Of a stretch of 12,135 nt of DNA, positions 1 to 7,580 are shown piece by piece. Position numbers and translations under genes: made by a program. The stretch lies in the NCBI GenBank assembly GCA_040905465.1, contig JBBDRK010000032.1, positions 1 to 12,135 of the forward strand, in the 5' to 3' direction. The notes beneath the pieces are model-generated. The model ran no database searches, was not told where the DNA came from, and saw only the letters and a program-made list of their open reading frames with translations. The stretch is from Trueperaceae bacterium (GTDB lineage: Bacteria > Deinococcota > Deinococci > Deinococcales > Trueperaceae). Each line of letters opens with the position of its first letter. Within the stretch, counting starts at the first letter, position 1.

Positions 1-81
1 GACTCGAAGTTTCCGGGCCACCGCGGCTTCATCAGGGTCAACCGAACAGTCGCCAGACTCTCGGTTCCGGATGCGAATCTG

Positions 82-720
82 TCACGGTTCCATCACCGTC
101 CGTTCCACTATCACGGCCACCGCACCCTCGTGCACCGCGATGCGCGGTCCGTCCATCGCCCGGTTGGCCAGACCTAACCCGACCCCGAAGGGCAGGGGAG
201 CGTCGGAAAGCGGGTAGTCTGCCCCGGCGACGGTGCAACGGGACTGCTCGAGCGCCAGCAGGCTGAACGTCATGCCGGGCGGCAGCGCCAGGTCGAGGGT
301 GTCGCCGGCCGTCAGCGGATAGGCGTCGCGCACGCCATCGTGAAGCGAGATGGCTATCCCCTGTGTCCGGAGCCGTGCTCCTATCAGCAGCGCAGCCAGC
401 GACTGGTCGAGCCGGGAGCCGAAGGCCCCCAGCACCAGCAACTCATCGGCGCCCCGCTCCATGGCCAGATCTATCGCCAGCTCGAGATCGAGCTGGTCCT
501 TGCGGACCGGGTGACGCAGTTGCGGAAGTTCCGGAAAGCTTGCCAGGTCGGCTTCCGCTACCGAATCGAAGTCGCCCACGATCGCCGCCGGCTCGAGCCC
601 CAGCGCCAGTGCGTGCCGCAGCCCCGAGTCAGCCGCCAGAACGAGCGAGTGGCCCGCCAGCAACTCCTCGAGGTGAGGCGACGGCGCCAAACGGCCGCCG
701 GCCAGGATCACCGCCTTCAT
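82..720 (-). CDS. thiN: Thiamine diphosphokinase (thiamine pyrophosphokinase)
   Basis: 212 aa. Family motifs AADSG, GDFDS, KDQLDLELA, GSRLDQ and C-terminal YPL...GLGLAN. GGAGG/AGGA RBS upstream of the ATG. Lies in a thiamine transport cluster. Confidence 0.93.
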   Translation of the reverse strand: MKAVILAGGRLAPSPHLEELLAGHSLVLAADSGLRHALALGLEPAAIVGDFDSVAEADLASFPELPQLRHPVRKDQLDLELAIDLAMERGADELLVLGAFGSRLDQSLAALLIGARLRTQGIAISLHDGVRDAYPLTAGDTLDLALPPGMTFSLLALEQSRCTVAGADYPLSDAPLPFGVGLGLANRAMDGPRIAVHEGAVAVIVERTVMEP

Positions 721-754
721 CGTCCTGCCTCCGGCAGAGCACTCGCCCGGTAGC

Positions 755-1741
755 TCACGAGTCTTCCAACTCCACCCAGGCCGACGCCGGAACGTCGAGT
801 CCCACTTCGTCCCCTGCCGACGGGTCCGACGGCAGCTCGCGCCGATACCCCTCCCAGGTCAGGCCGGCGCCCCAGGAGGGGACGACCAGCGTGAGCCGTA
901 AGCGGTGGCCCGCTCGCTCCACGGCCTCTACCCGGGCCGGCAGGCCGCCCGTCAGGCTCACCAGGTCGTCACGCAACAGCAACGGTCCCGGACCGAGTCC
1001 GGGAGCGCTCACTTCCCCTCTCCCAAAGATGTTGCGGTACCCGAGGAAGCGTGCCGACCAGGCATCGCGGGGGCGAGCCAGCACCTCGTCGCTCGGCCCA
1101 AGTTGGACGATGCGACCGGCCTTCATGAGCGCAACCCGCTCGGCAATTGCGAACGCCTCCGCCTGGTCGTGGGTAACGTACAGCGCCGTCACCCCCAGGT
1201 CGGCGAGGAGCGTTCTCAGTTCGAGTTGCAACGATTGCCGCAACTCTGCGTCGAGGTTCGACAGCGGCTCGTCGAGCAGCAGCAGCGAAGGCTCCACCGC
1301 CAGCGCTCTGGCCAGCGCTACCCGCTGCTGCTGCCCGCCGGAGAGCTCGAACACCCTCCGCCGCTCGTAGCCGGCCAGCCCCACCACTTCCAAAAGCTCC
1401 GCCACCCGCCCTCTGACCTCGGCGGCGGGTCGCCGCTGCTCCACCAGCGAGAAGCCGATATTGCCGGCCACGTCCAGGTGCGGGAACAGCGCATAGTCCT
1501 GGAACACCACCCCCATGGCACGCTTCTGAGGCGGAAGCCCGGTGATCTCGCGTTCGCCGTGCACGATGCGGCCGCGGTCGGGGTGTTCGAGCCCGGCCAC
1601 CAGGCGCAGCAGCGTGCTCTTGCCGCACCCGGAAGGTCCCAGGAGTGCGACGGTCTGGCGTTGCGGCAGCTCGAGCGACACAGCCTCCAACGCGCGGATG
1701 GAGCCGAATCGCTTGCTGAGGTCGACAAGACGGAGAGTCAT
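755..1741 (-). CDS. thiQ: ABC importer ATP-binding subunit, ThiQ by context (PotA/FbpC-like)
   Basis: Walker A GPSGCGKS, Q-loop FQDYALFPH, signature LSGGQQQR, Walker B LLLDE, H-loop VTHD. Directly downstream of thiP. Confidence 0.85.
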   Translation of the reverse strand: MTLRLVDLSKRFGSIRALEAVSLELPQRQTVALLGPSGCGKSTLLRLVAGLEHPDRGRIVHGEREITGLPPQKRAMGVVFQDYALFPHLDVAGNIGFSLVEQRRPAAEVRGRVAELLEVVGLAGYERRRVFELSGGQQQRVALARALAVEPSLLLLDEPLSNLDAELRQSLQLELRTLLADLGVTALYVTHDQAEAFAIAERVALMKAGRIVQLGPSDEVLARPRDAWSARFLGYRNIFGRGEVSAPGLGPGPLLLRDDLVSLTGGLPARVEAVERAGHRLRLTLVVPSWGAGLTWEGYRRELPSDPSAGDEVGLDVPASAWVELEDS

Positions 1742-1762
1742 CGGGGCGTGCCGATCATACCG

Positions 1763-3340
1763 TCACAACTCGCCGGAACTCGCACCGGAGCGCTCCAGGA
1801 CCATCATCGCCAGGGCGGTGACGGCCATCAGAATCACCGCCAGCGCGAGTGCGGATGCGTAGCTGAGCGCCCCCGGCCGACCCAGGCGGTCGAAGATCGC
1901 CACCGGTATGGTGGCGAACTCCGGCCGGGTAATCACCAGCGTGGCACCGAACTCTCCCATCGACACGGCGAATGCGAAGGCGGCGGCGGTCGTGAGCGAT
2001 GGCCTCAGAAGCGGAAGCTCGACACGGAGGAGCCGCGACCGGGACCCCGCGCCGAGCGTGGCCGCCGCCTCCGTCAGGCTGGCGGGAAGGGCGCGCAACG
2101 CCGGCAACAACGCCCGAGCAACGAACGGGAAGGCCACCAGAGTGTGAGCGCACAGCAGCCCCCAGGGGCTTGTTGCCAGGCGCGGGAAGGCCAGGAGATA
2201 ACCGAGCCCCAGCGTCACGGCACTGGCCGCCAGCGGCAGCAGGCTGGCCTCGTCGAGCCAGCGCCAACCCCCCCGTACCACCGCATAGGCGAAGGCGAAA
2301 CCGAGCGCTACCGCCGCAACCATGGTGCCGGCGGCGAACAGCAATGAGTTCGATACGGCGGCTCCGGCGCCCGTGAAGGTGGCCGTCCGCTGCCCCTGGG
2401 CGAGTGCCCGGAAGCCTGCCAGCGACGGTTCTCCCTGACCCGACGGCCAGAAAGCCTGCACGGTGAGAGCGACCAGCGGCGACAGCACCAGCACCGCGGC
2501 GAAGGTCAACTGCAGCGCGAGCAGGACCTTTGCCACCGTTCGGGGCTTGGGCAGCGGCCGGCCGGAACCGGCCATGGCGACCGCCAGTCGGGACTGCAGC
2601 ACCACGTAGAACCGGCTCACCAACGCCACCACCAGTAACTGGGCGATAACCAGCACGGCGGCGGCGTCGAGGCGCAGGAGGCGGGCGGTGAGCCGGTAGA
2701 TCTCCACCTCGACAGTGGGCAGCCCTGGCGCCAGGATCAGGATCACACCGAACGAGGTGAATGTGAACACGAAGACCAGCGCTGCCGCAGCCGCCAGCGC
2801 CGGCGCTGCCAAGGGGAGGTCTATCCGCCAGATCGTGCGCCAGGAGGTCGCTCCCAACACCGCCGAGGCGTCCCGAAGGCGCGGAGCGGTCGCCTCGAGG
2901 TAGGAGCCCACCACGCGCACGACGACCGGGTAGTTGTAGAACACGTGAGCGAGCAGGATCAGTGTCAGCGTCCCGCGAAGGTCGAGTCCGAGGACGCCGC
3001 GGGGACCGACCAGCGCCAGGAATCCGATGGCAGCGACCACGGTCGGCATGACGAAGGGGACCGTGAAGGCACTGCGCAACAGCCGCTTGCCGGCGAAGTC
3101 GTAGCGGCCGAACAGCAGCGCGCCGGGCAGTCCGAAGAGCACGGTCAGCGCCGTCGACAGCAGCGCCTGGGCCAGTGTGAAGCCGAACCTGCCCCAATAG
3201 TAGGGATTGCCGAGCACCGCCAGCAGCCCTTCCACATCCGCGCTGCGTGCGACGATCGCCGCCAGCGGGAAGAGAAAGAACACGGCCAGGAAGGCAACCG
3301 CCAGAAGACCGAGGCCGTGCGCCAGCGTTTGATCTCGCAT
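1763..3340 (-). CDS. thiP: Thiamine ABC transporter permease (two fused TM domains, ThiP/FbpB type)
   Basis: 525 aa, hydrophobic, with two EAA loops (DASAVLGA, EAAATLGA) plus PFVMPT, LAHVFYNYP, FTSFG and MGEFGAT motifs. Confidence 0.9.
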   Translation of the reverse strand: MRDQTLAHGLGLLAVAFLAVFFLFPLAAIVARSADVEGLLAVLGNPYYWGRFGFTLAQALLSTALTVLFGLPGALLFGRYDFAGKRLLRSAFTVPFVMPTVVAAIGFLALVGPRGVLGLDLRGTLTLILLAHVFYNYPVVVRVVGSYLEATAPRLRDASAVLGATSWRTIWRIDLPLAAPALAAAAALVFVFTFTSFGVILILAPGLPTVEVEIYRLTARLLRLDAAAVLVIAQLLVVALVSRFYVVLQSRLAVAMAGSGRPLPKPRTVAKVLLALQLTFAAVLVLSPLVALTVQAFWPSGQGEPSLAGFRALAQGQRTATFTGAGAAVSNSLLFAAGTMVAAVALGFAFAYAVVRGGWRWLDEASLLPLAASAVTLGLGYLLAFPRLATSPWGLLCAHTLVAFPFVARALLPALRALPASLTEAAATLGAGSRSRLLRVELPLLRPSLTTAAAFAFAVSMGEFGATLVITRPEFATIPVAIFDRLGRPGALSYASALALAVILMAVTALAMMVLERSGASSGEL

Positions 3341-3347
3341 TGCCGCA

Positions 3348-3353
3348 AGTGTA
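3348..3353 (-). promoter_or_regulatory. -10 element (TACACT) of a probable leaderless thiP promoter
   Basis: TACACT ends 7 nt before the thiP ATG. No SD upstream and no consensus -35. Confidence 0.6.
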
Positions 3354-3378
3354 CCGGCAGGAGCGAGCGGTCGCTCTA

Positions 3379-3407
3379 TTGACAGGAATCGGGTTGGCCG
3401 CTAATGT
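3379..3407 (+). promoter_or_regulatory. Sigma70-type promoter for the leader and ABC exporter operon
   Basis: TTGACA (3379-3384), 17-bp spacer, TAATGT (3402-3407). Predicted TSS near 3414. Confidence 0.8.
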
Positions 3408-3436
3408 TATTGCCGATAGCGAGCAGTGGAGCACAG

Positions 3437-3502
3437 ATGACGAAGATCTTCCACATCTACCTCACCGGCGACCCGCAAGGGGAGGAGTCTGCCTGCTCGT
3501 AG
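3437..3502 (+). CDS. Putative attenuator leader peptide, 21 aa (MTKIFHIYLTGDPQGEESACS)
   Basis: GGAG at 3428-3431, 5 nt before ATG 3437, with TAG at 3500-3502. Lies between the promoter and the terminator. Its 3' end is complementary to the terminator 5' arm. Below the ORF-track size cutoff. Confidence 0.75.
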   Translation: MTKIFHIYLTGDPQGEESACS

Positions 3503-3539
3503 CCTAGTCGACTGACCGCTTACGACCGTGGGTGACTCC
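3484..3539 (+). promoter_or_regulatory. Predicted anti-terminator stem
   Basis: GGAGTC/GACTCC (3484-3489 with 3534-3539), GCCTGC/GTGGGT (3491-3496 with 3528-3533) and TCGTAG/TTACGA (3497-3502 with 3520-3525). About 18 bp including G-U pairs. Mutually exclusive with the terminator. Confidence 0.65.
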
Positions 3540-3565
3540 GAGAGCGCCCACGGTCGTTTCTTTGT
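3522..3565 (+). terminator. Intrinsic terminator in the 5' leader (attenuator)
   Basis: ACGACCGTGGGTG (3522-3534) pairs with CGCCCACGGTCGT (3545-3557): 13 bp with one G-U, plus an inner CTC/GAG. Followed by TTCTTTGT. Lies upstream of the ABC start at 3627. Confidence 0.85.
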
Positions 3566-3626
3566 CCCCAACGACCGGGCCTCCGGCGCGCCATCAACGA
3601 CGACGACCTGTCCAGCGTAGGAGATC

Positions 3627-5612
3627 ATGACCAGCAGCAGCTTCAACCGAGCCGGAACCGGCGACCGCCGGAACCAGGGCAGCGGGGCCACCCTCGCTCG
3701 CTACCTCAGGCCTCAACTCGGCAAGGTCGTGTTGATGGCTGCCCTTCTGGTCGGCGCGATCGGCCTGCAACTGTCCATCCCGCAGATCCTTCGCGGTTTC
3801 ATAGACAACGCAATGGCCGGGGTCCAGGTGGCAGAACTGCGCCGGACCGCAGTCTGGTTCCTGGCGATCGCCTTCGGCTACCAGTTGCTGGCGGCCGTGG
3901 CGACCTACGTGGGTGCCGACGTGGGCTGGACGGCGACCAATCGACTCCGGCGCGAGCTGGCCGGCCACATCCTGGGGCTCGACATGTCCTTCCACACCGC
4001 GCGCACGCCGGGCGAGATGATCGAGCGGATAGACGGCGATGTGACCGCCTTGTCGAACTTCTTCAGCCAGTTCTCGGTACGCGTTTTCGGAGGGTTGCTG
4101 CTGCTCCTGGGCATCCTGATCCTGCTGTGGTTGGAGAACCCGCTGGTTGGTCTGGTCCTCACCCTGTTTACCGGTCTCGAGCTCGTGGTCCTGGCCTGGA
4201 CGCGGCGGTTGGGCGTGCCGGCGACGATCGAAGAGCGCGAGGTGAACGCCAGGCTGTTCGGCTTCATCGAAGAGCGGTTGGGCGGCATAGAGGACTTGCG
4301 CGCCAACGGCGCCGGCGCTCACGCCGTGCACCGTTTCGGTGCGGTGATGCGCGACTTCTTCCACGGCACCCGCAGAGCCTGGATGATGCGTTCGCTCGGG
4401 TGGCTGCTGTCGTACGGCTTGTTCATCGCCTCCAGCGCGACACTATTGGCCGCCGCGATAGTGCTCGTGTCGCAGGGTTCGATCACCCTCGGGACCGGTT
4501 ACATGATCTTTCAGTATCTGGTGATGCTGCAGACTCCGATCGACCAGATAACCCAGCAGATGCAGGAGTTGCAGAAGGCAGCGGCCAGCATCGGACGGGT
4601 ACGCAACCTGTTCGCGGAGCAGGGGACGCCCGAGCCGACGGGAGGACCGGTACTGCCGGCCGGTGCCCTGGCGGTCGAGTTCGACCGGGTCTCGTTCGCC
4701 TATGGCGAACCCGTAACCAACGGCGATCCTTCGGATGCGGCCGCTGGCGATCACAGGGCTGGCGCCGACGGAGGCCGAGATCGGCCCGGCGGCACGCTGA
4801 ACGACGTGAGTTTCCGGTTGCCGGCGGGCAAGGTCCTGGGACTGCTGGGGCGCACCGGCAGCGGCAAGACGACCATGACGCGCCTGCTCTTCAGGCTCTA
4901 CCAGCCGACCTCGGGGCGGATAGTTCTCGGTGGAGTGGAGTCGGCGAGGGTGAGGACCGGATCGTTGCGAGGACGCGTGGGGCTGGTAACCCAGGAGGTG
5001 CAGCTCTTTCAGGCGAGCGTTCGCGACAACCTCACCTTCTTCCGCCAGGACGTGCCCGACGAGGAGCTGACGGACCTGTTGAACGGCCTGGGCATGAGTC
5101 GCTGGTTGGCTTCGCTGCCGGAAGGACTCGACACCATTCTCACTGCCGGGGGCGGCAACCTCTCGGCCGGCGAGGCCCAACTGCTCGCGTTCGCCAGGGT
5201 GTTCCTCAAGGATCCCGGACTGGTGGTGTTGGATGAACCGTCGTCTCGACTCGATCCGGCGACTGGGCGTCAGCTCGAGCGGGTAGTCGACCGGCTCCTT
5301 GCCGGCCGTACCGGCATCCTCATCGCCCACCGGCTGGAGACGGTGCAGCGAGCCGATTACGTCATGGTGCTCGACGGTGGACGAGCGGTCGAGTTCGGCG
5401 AGCGGCAGCGGCTGGTCCTCGACCCGGAGAGCCACTATGCGCGCCTGCTTGCCGCGGCCGGGCTGGCAGACGCGCCGGTGGGCGCCCGGTCCGGAACCGC
5501 GGCCGGCACCGCGGCCGGCACCGCTCTCGGCACCGCTCTCGGCACCGTTGCCGATACCAGCGAGCAGGCGTTGGCGAGCGGCCGGCGAGGCCAGGGGAGG
5601 GCAGGCCGATGA
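3627..5612 (+). CDS. Type IV ABC exporter half-transporter (TMD-NBD), subunit 1 of a heterodimer
   Basis: N-terminal TM domain, Walker A GRTGSGKT, degenerate signature LSAGEAQ, Walker B VVLDE, H-loop IAHR. AGGAG RBS at 3619-3623. Confidence 0.92.
   Translation: MTSSSFNRAGTGDRRNQGSGATLARYLRPQLGKVVLMAALLVGAIGLQLSIPQILRGFIDNAMAGVQVAELRRTAVWFLAIAFGYQLLAAVATYVGADVGWTATNRLRRELAGHILGLDMSFHTARTPGEMIERIDGDVTALSNFFSQFSVRVFGGLLLLLGILILLWLENPLVGLVLTLFTGLELVVLAWTRRLGVPATIEEREVNARLFGFIEERLGGIEDLRANGAGAHAVHRFGAVMRDFFHGTRRAWMMRSLGWLLSYGLFIASSATLLAAAIVLVSQGSITLGTGYMIFQYLVMLQTPIDQITQQMQELQKAAASIGRVRNLFAEQGTPEPTGGPVLPAGALAVEFDRVSFAYGEPVTNGDPSDAAAGDHRAGADGGRDRPGGTLNDVSFRLPAGKVLGLLGRTGSGKTTMTRLLFRLYQPTSGRIVLGGVESARVRTGSLRGRVGLVTQEVQLFQASVRDNLTFFRQDVPDEELTDLLNGLGMSRWLASLPEGLDTILTAGGGNLSAGEAQLLAFARVFLKDPGLVVLDEPSSRLDPATGRQLERVVDRLLAGRTGILIAHRLETVQRADYVMVLDGGRAVEFGERQRLVLDPESHYARLLAAAGLADAPVGARSGTAAGTAAGTALGTALGTVADTSEQALASGRRGQGRAGR
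5493..5552 (+). repeat. In-frame 12-bp tandem repeat, 5 copies (GTAA-GTAA-GTAL-GTAL-GTVA)
   Basis: ggaaccgcggcc ggcaccgcggcc ggcaccgctctc ggcaccgctctc ggcaccgttgcc. Confidence 0.85.
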
Positions 5613-7360
5613 GCGGTTCGCATCCGGACCCGTTGCGACTGGCCATCAGGCTGGTCGGCCACCGGCGTCCACTCTTCCTATTCAATTGCCTGCTCTGGGG
5701 CGTGATCCACTCCCTTCCGGTGCTCTACGGGGTGTTCGTGAAGGCGCTCTTCGATGCGCTCACCGGCGAGAGCCCGGCCGGGGCCAGCCCCTGGACGTTC
5801 CTCGCCCTGGCGCTGGCGGTAGACGCCGCCAGGCTCATCGGCCTGGCCGGCGGCATCCGGACCTGGAGTACCTACTGGATAGAGATCACCCTGCTGGTGC
5901 GCCGCAACCTGCTCGAGTACCTGCTCACCGCCCCCGGCTCGAGACGCCTGCCGGACTCGCCGGGCGAAGCGATAAGCCGCTTTCGGGACGACGTGAACGA
6001 CATCGCGGAGTACGTGGAGACCTGGATCGACTTCTGGGGGCTGGCCGCTTTCGCGCTGGTGGCGTTGACAGTGATGGTCAGCATCGATCCGTTGATGACC
6101 GGCCTGGTTTGCCTGCCCTTGGTGCTGACATTCCTGCTCACCGGGTTGCTCAGGCCCCGCATCCGCCGGGTGCGCAAGCTGATGCGCGAGACCACCGGTC
6201 GCGTCACCGACTACATCGGTGAGATGGCGGGCGGTGTCCAGGCTCTCAAGGTTTCGGCGAGCGAGGAGTCTGCGCTCCGTCACTTCGACCGGCTGAATGG
6301 CAGACGCCGTCAGGCAGCGCTGGAAGACACGCTCATAACCGAGCTGTTCAAGTCCGTCACCGACAACATGGTGAACGTTGCTACCGGGATCATCCTCCTG
6401 CTCGCCGCCGGGGCGCTTCGGGACGGCAGCTTCACGGTGGGGGATTTCGCGCTGTTCGTGGCCTACTTGCCCCGCCTCACCGGCGTGATGTCGTTCATCG
6501 GCGCGATGCTGGTGCAGCACAAGCGGACCGCCATCGCCTTCGAGCGGCTCGAGCGTCTCATGGCAGGGGCCGGCAGCGAGGTCGCGGTGGCCGATTCGGT
6601 CCTGCCCGTTCACGGGCTGCCACCGGTTTTCCGGGATCCGCGCCCGGAACCGTTGCCGCTGCGCACCCTGGAGGTAGCCGGGTTGAGCTACCGCCATCCG
6701 GACGGAGCTCACGGCGTGGAAGACGTCTCCTTCACCCTGGAGCGAGGGTCGTTCACCGTGATCACCGGTCAGGTCGGCTCTGGTAAGTCGACGCTCCTAA
6801 GGGTGCTGCTGGGTCAACTGCCGGCCACCGCCGGGAGGATCGGTTGGAACGGTCTGCAGGTCGACGATTCGGCGTCGTTTTTCGTGCCGCCGCGCAGCGC
6901 CTACACGCCGCAGGTGCCCCGGCTGTTCAGCGACACGCTGCGCGAGAACCTGGTGCTCGGCGCGGACGTCACCGCCGACGCCGTCGCCAACGCTCTCGAG
7001 CTCTCGGTCATGAGCGAGGACGTCGCGCGCCTGGACCGGGGTCTCGACACGCCGGTAGGTAGCCGCGGCGTCAAGCTCTCCGGCGGCCAGGTGCAGCGCA
7101 GCGCGGCGGCGCGCATGTTCCTGCGCGAAGCCGAGCTGCTGGTGTTCGACGATCTGTCGAGCGCGCTGGATGTGGAGACCGAGACCCTGCTGTGGCAGCG
7201 CCTGGAGCGGTGGAAGGGCGTCACCTGCCTGGTGGTTTCACACCGTCCGGCAGCGTTCGCGCGAGCCGACCGGATCCTGGTGCTGAACGACGGCCGGCTG
7301 GTTGTCGCCGGGACTGCCGACGAGCTACGGCTGGCTGAAATGGGAGCAGGGTCACGGTAG
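5609..7360 (+). CDS. Type IV ABC exporter half-transporter (TMD-NBD), subunit 2 of a heterodimer
   Basis: ATGA overlap with subunit 1. TM domain, Walker A GQVGSGKS, canonical LSGGQ, Walker B LVFDD with the catalytic E replaced by D, H-loop VSHR. Confidence 0.92.
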   Translation: MSGSHPDPLRLAIRLVGHRRPLFLFNCLLWGVIHSLPVLYGVFVKALFDALTGESPAGASPWTFLALALAVDAARLIGLAGGIRTWSTYWIEITLLVRRNLLEYLLTAPGSRRLPDSPGEAISRFRDDVNDIAEYVETWIDFWGLAAFALVALTVMVSIDPLMTGLVCLPLVLTFLLTGLLRPRIRRVRKLMRETTGRVTDYIGEMAGGVQALKVSASEESALRHFDRLNGRRRQAALEDTLITELFKSVTDNMVNVATGIILLLAAGALRDGSFTVGDFALFVAYLPRLTGVMSFIGAMLVQHKRTAIAFERLERLMAGAGSEVAVADSVLPVHGLPPVFRDPRPEPLPLRTLEVAGLSYRHPDGAHGVEDVSFTLERGSFTVITGQVGSGKSTLLRVLLGQLPATAGRIGWNGLQVDDSASFFVPPRSAYTPQVPRLFSDTLRENLVLGADVTADAVANALELSVMSEDVARLDRGLDTPVGSRGVKLSGGQVQRSAAARMFLREAELLVFDDLSSALDVETETLLWQRLERWKGVTCLVVSHRPAAFARADRILVLNDGRLVVAGTADELRLAEMGAGSR

Positions 7361-7382
7361 CGGCGGCACTTCGACGCTGGGA

Positions 7383-7413
7383 TTGCACACACGCCCCCCG
7401 GTTGGTGTATAAC
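7383..7413 (+). promoter_or_regulatory. Possible promoter for the small ORF
   Basis: TTGCAC (7383-7388) and TATAAC (7408-7413). The 19-bp spacer is suboptimal. Confidence 0.4.
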
Positions 7414-7439
7414 AGTTCCTCGGCAGGGGAGTAATAAAG

Positions 7440-7580
7440 ATGATGAGCATTCTCAGACGGCTAAAAGACAGATTGTTCGGCAATGACGCCGGCCGCGTGC
7501 GCAATCGGACCGTCCGCCGCGAGCGGGCCACCTTGCGGCGCTGGGCAGAGCGCGCGCAAGGCGACCGCTTCAATCTCTGA
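7440..7580 (+). CDS. Unannotated small Arg-rich protein, 46 aa (MMSILRRLKDRLFGNDAGRVRNRTVRRERATLRRWAERAQGDRFNL)
   Basis: AGGGGAG SD at 7425-7431, then an 8-nt A-rich spacer, ATG 7440 and TGA 7578-7580. Fills the intergenic gap without overlapping either neighbour. Confidence 0.62.
   Translation: MMSILRRLKDRLFGNDAGRVRNRTVRRERATLRRWAERAQGDRFNL

Noticed and set aside
1-81. Possible start of a downstream minus-strand gene (MKPRWPGNFE...)
   Set aside because: Too short and truncated by the window edge to support a call.
363-2347. Long plus-strand ORFs (335 aa and 480 aa) opposite thiN, thiQ and thiP
   Set aside because: Antisense shadows of well-supported genes in high-GC DNA, with no recognisable motifs.
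1755-3434. 559-aa alternative-frame ORF overlapping thiP
   Set aside because: Arg/Gly/Pro-rich off-frame product, whereas the thiP frame has clear permease motifs.
3247-3691. 86-aa plus-strand and 94-aa minus-strand ORFs across the thiP-ABC intergenic region
   Set aside because: They overlap promoters, the terminator and neighbouring genes. The 21-aa uORF with its SD explains the region better.
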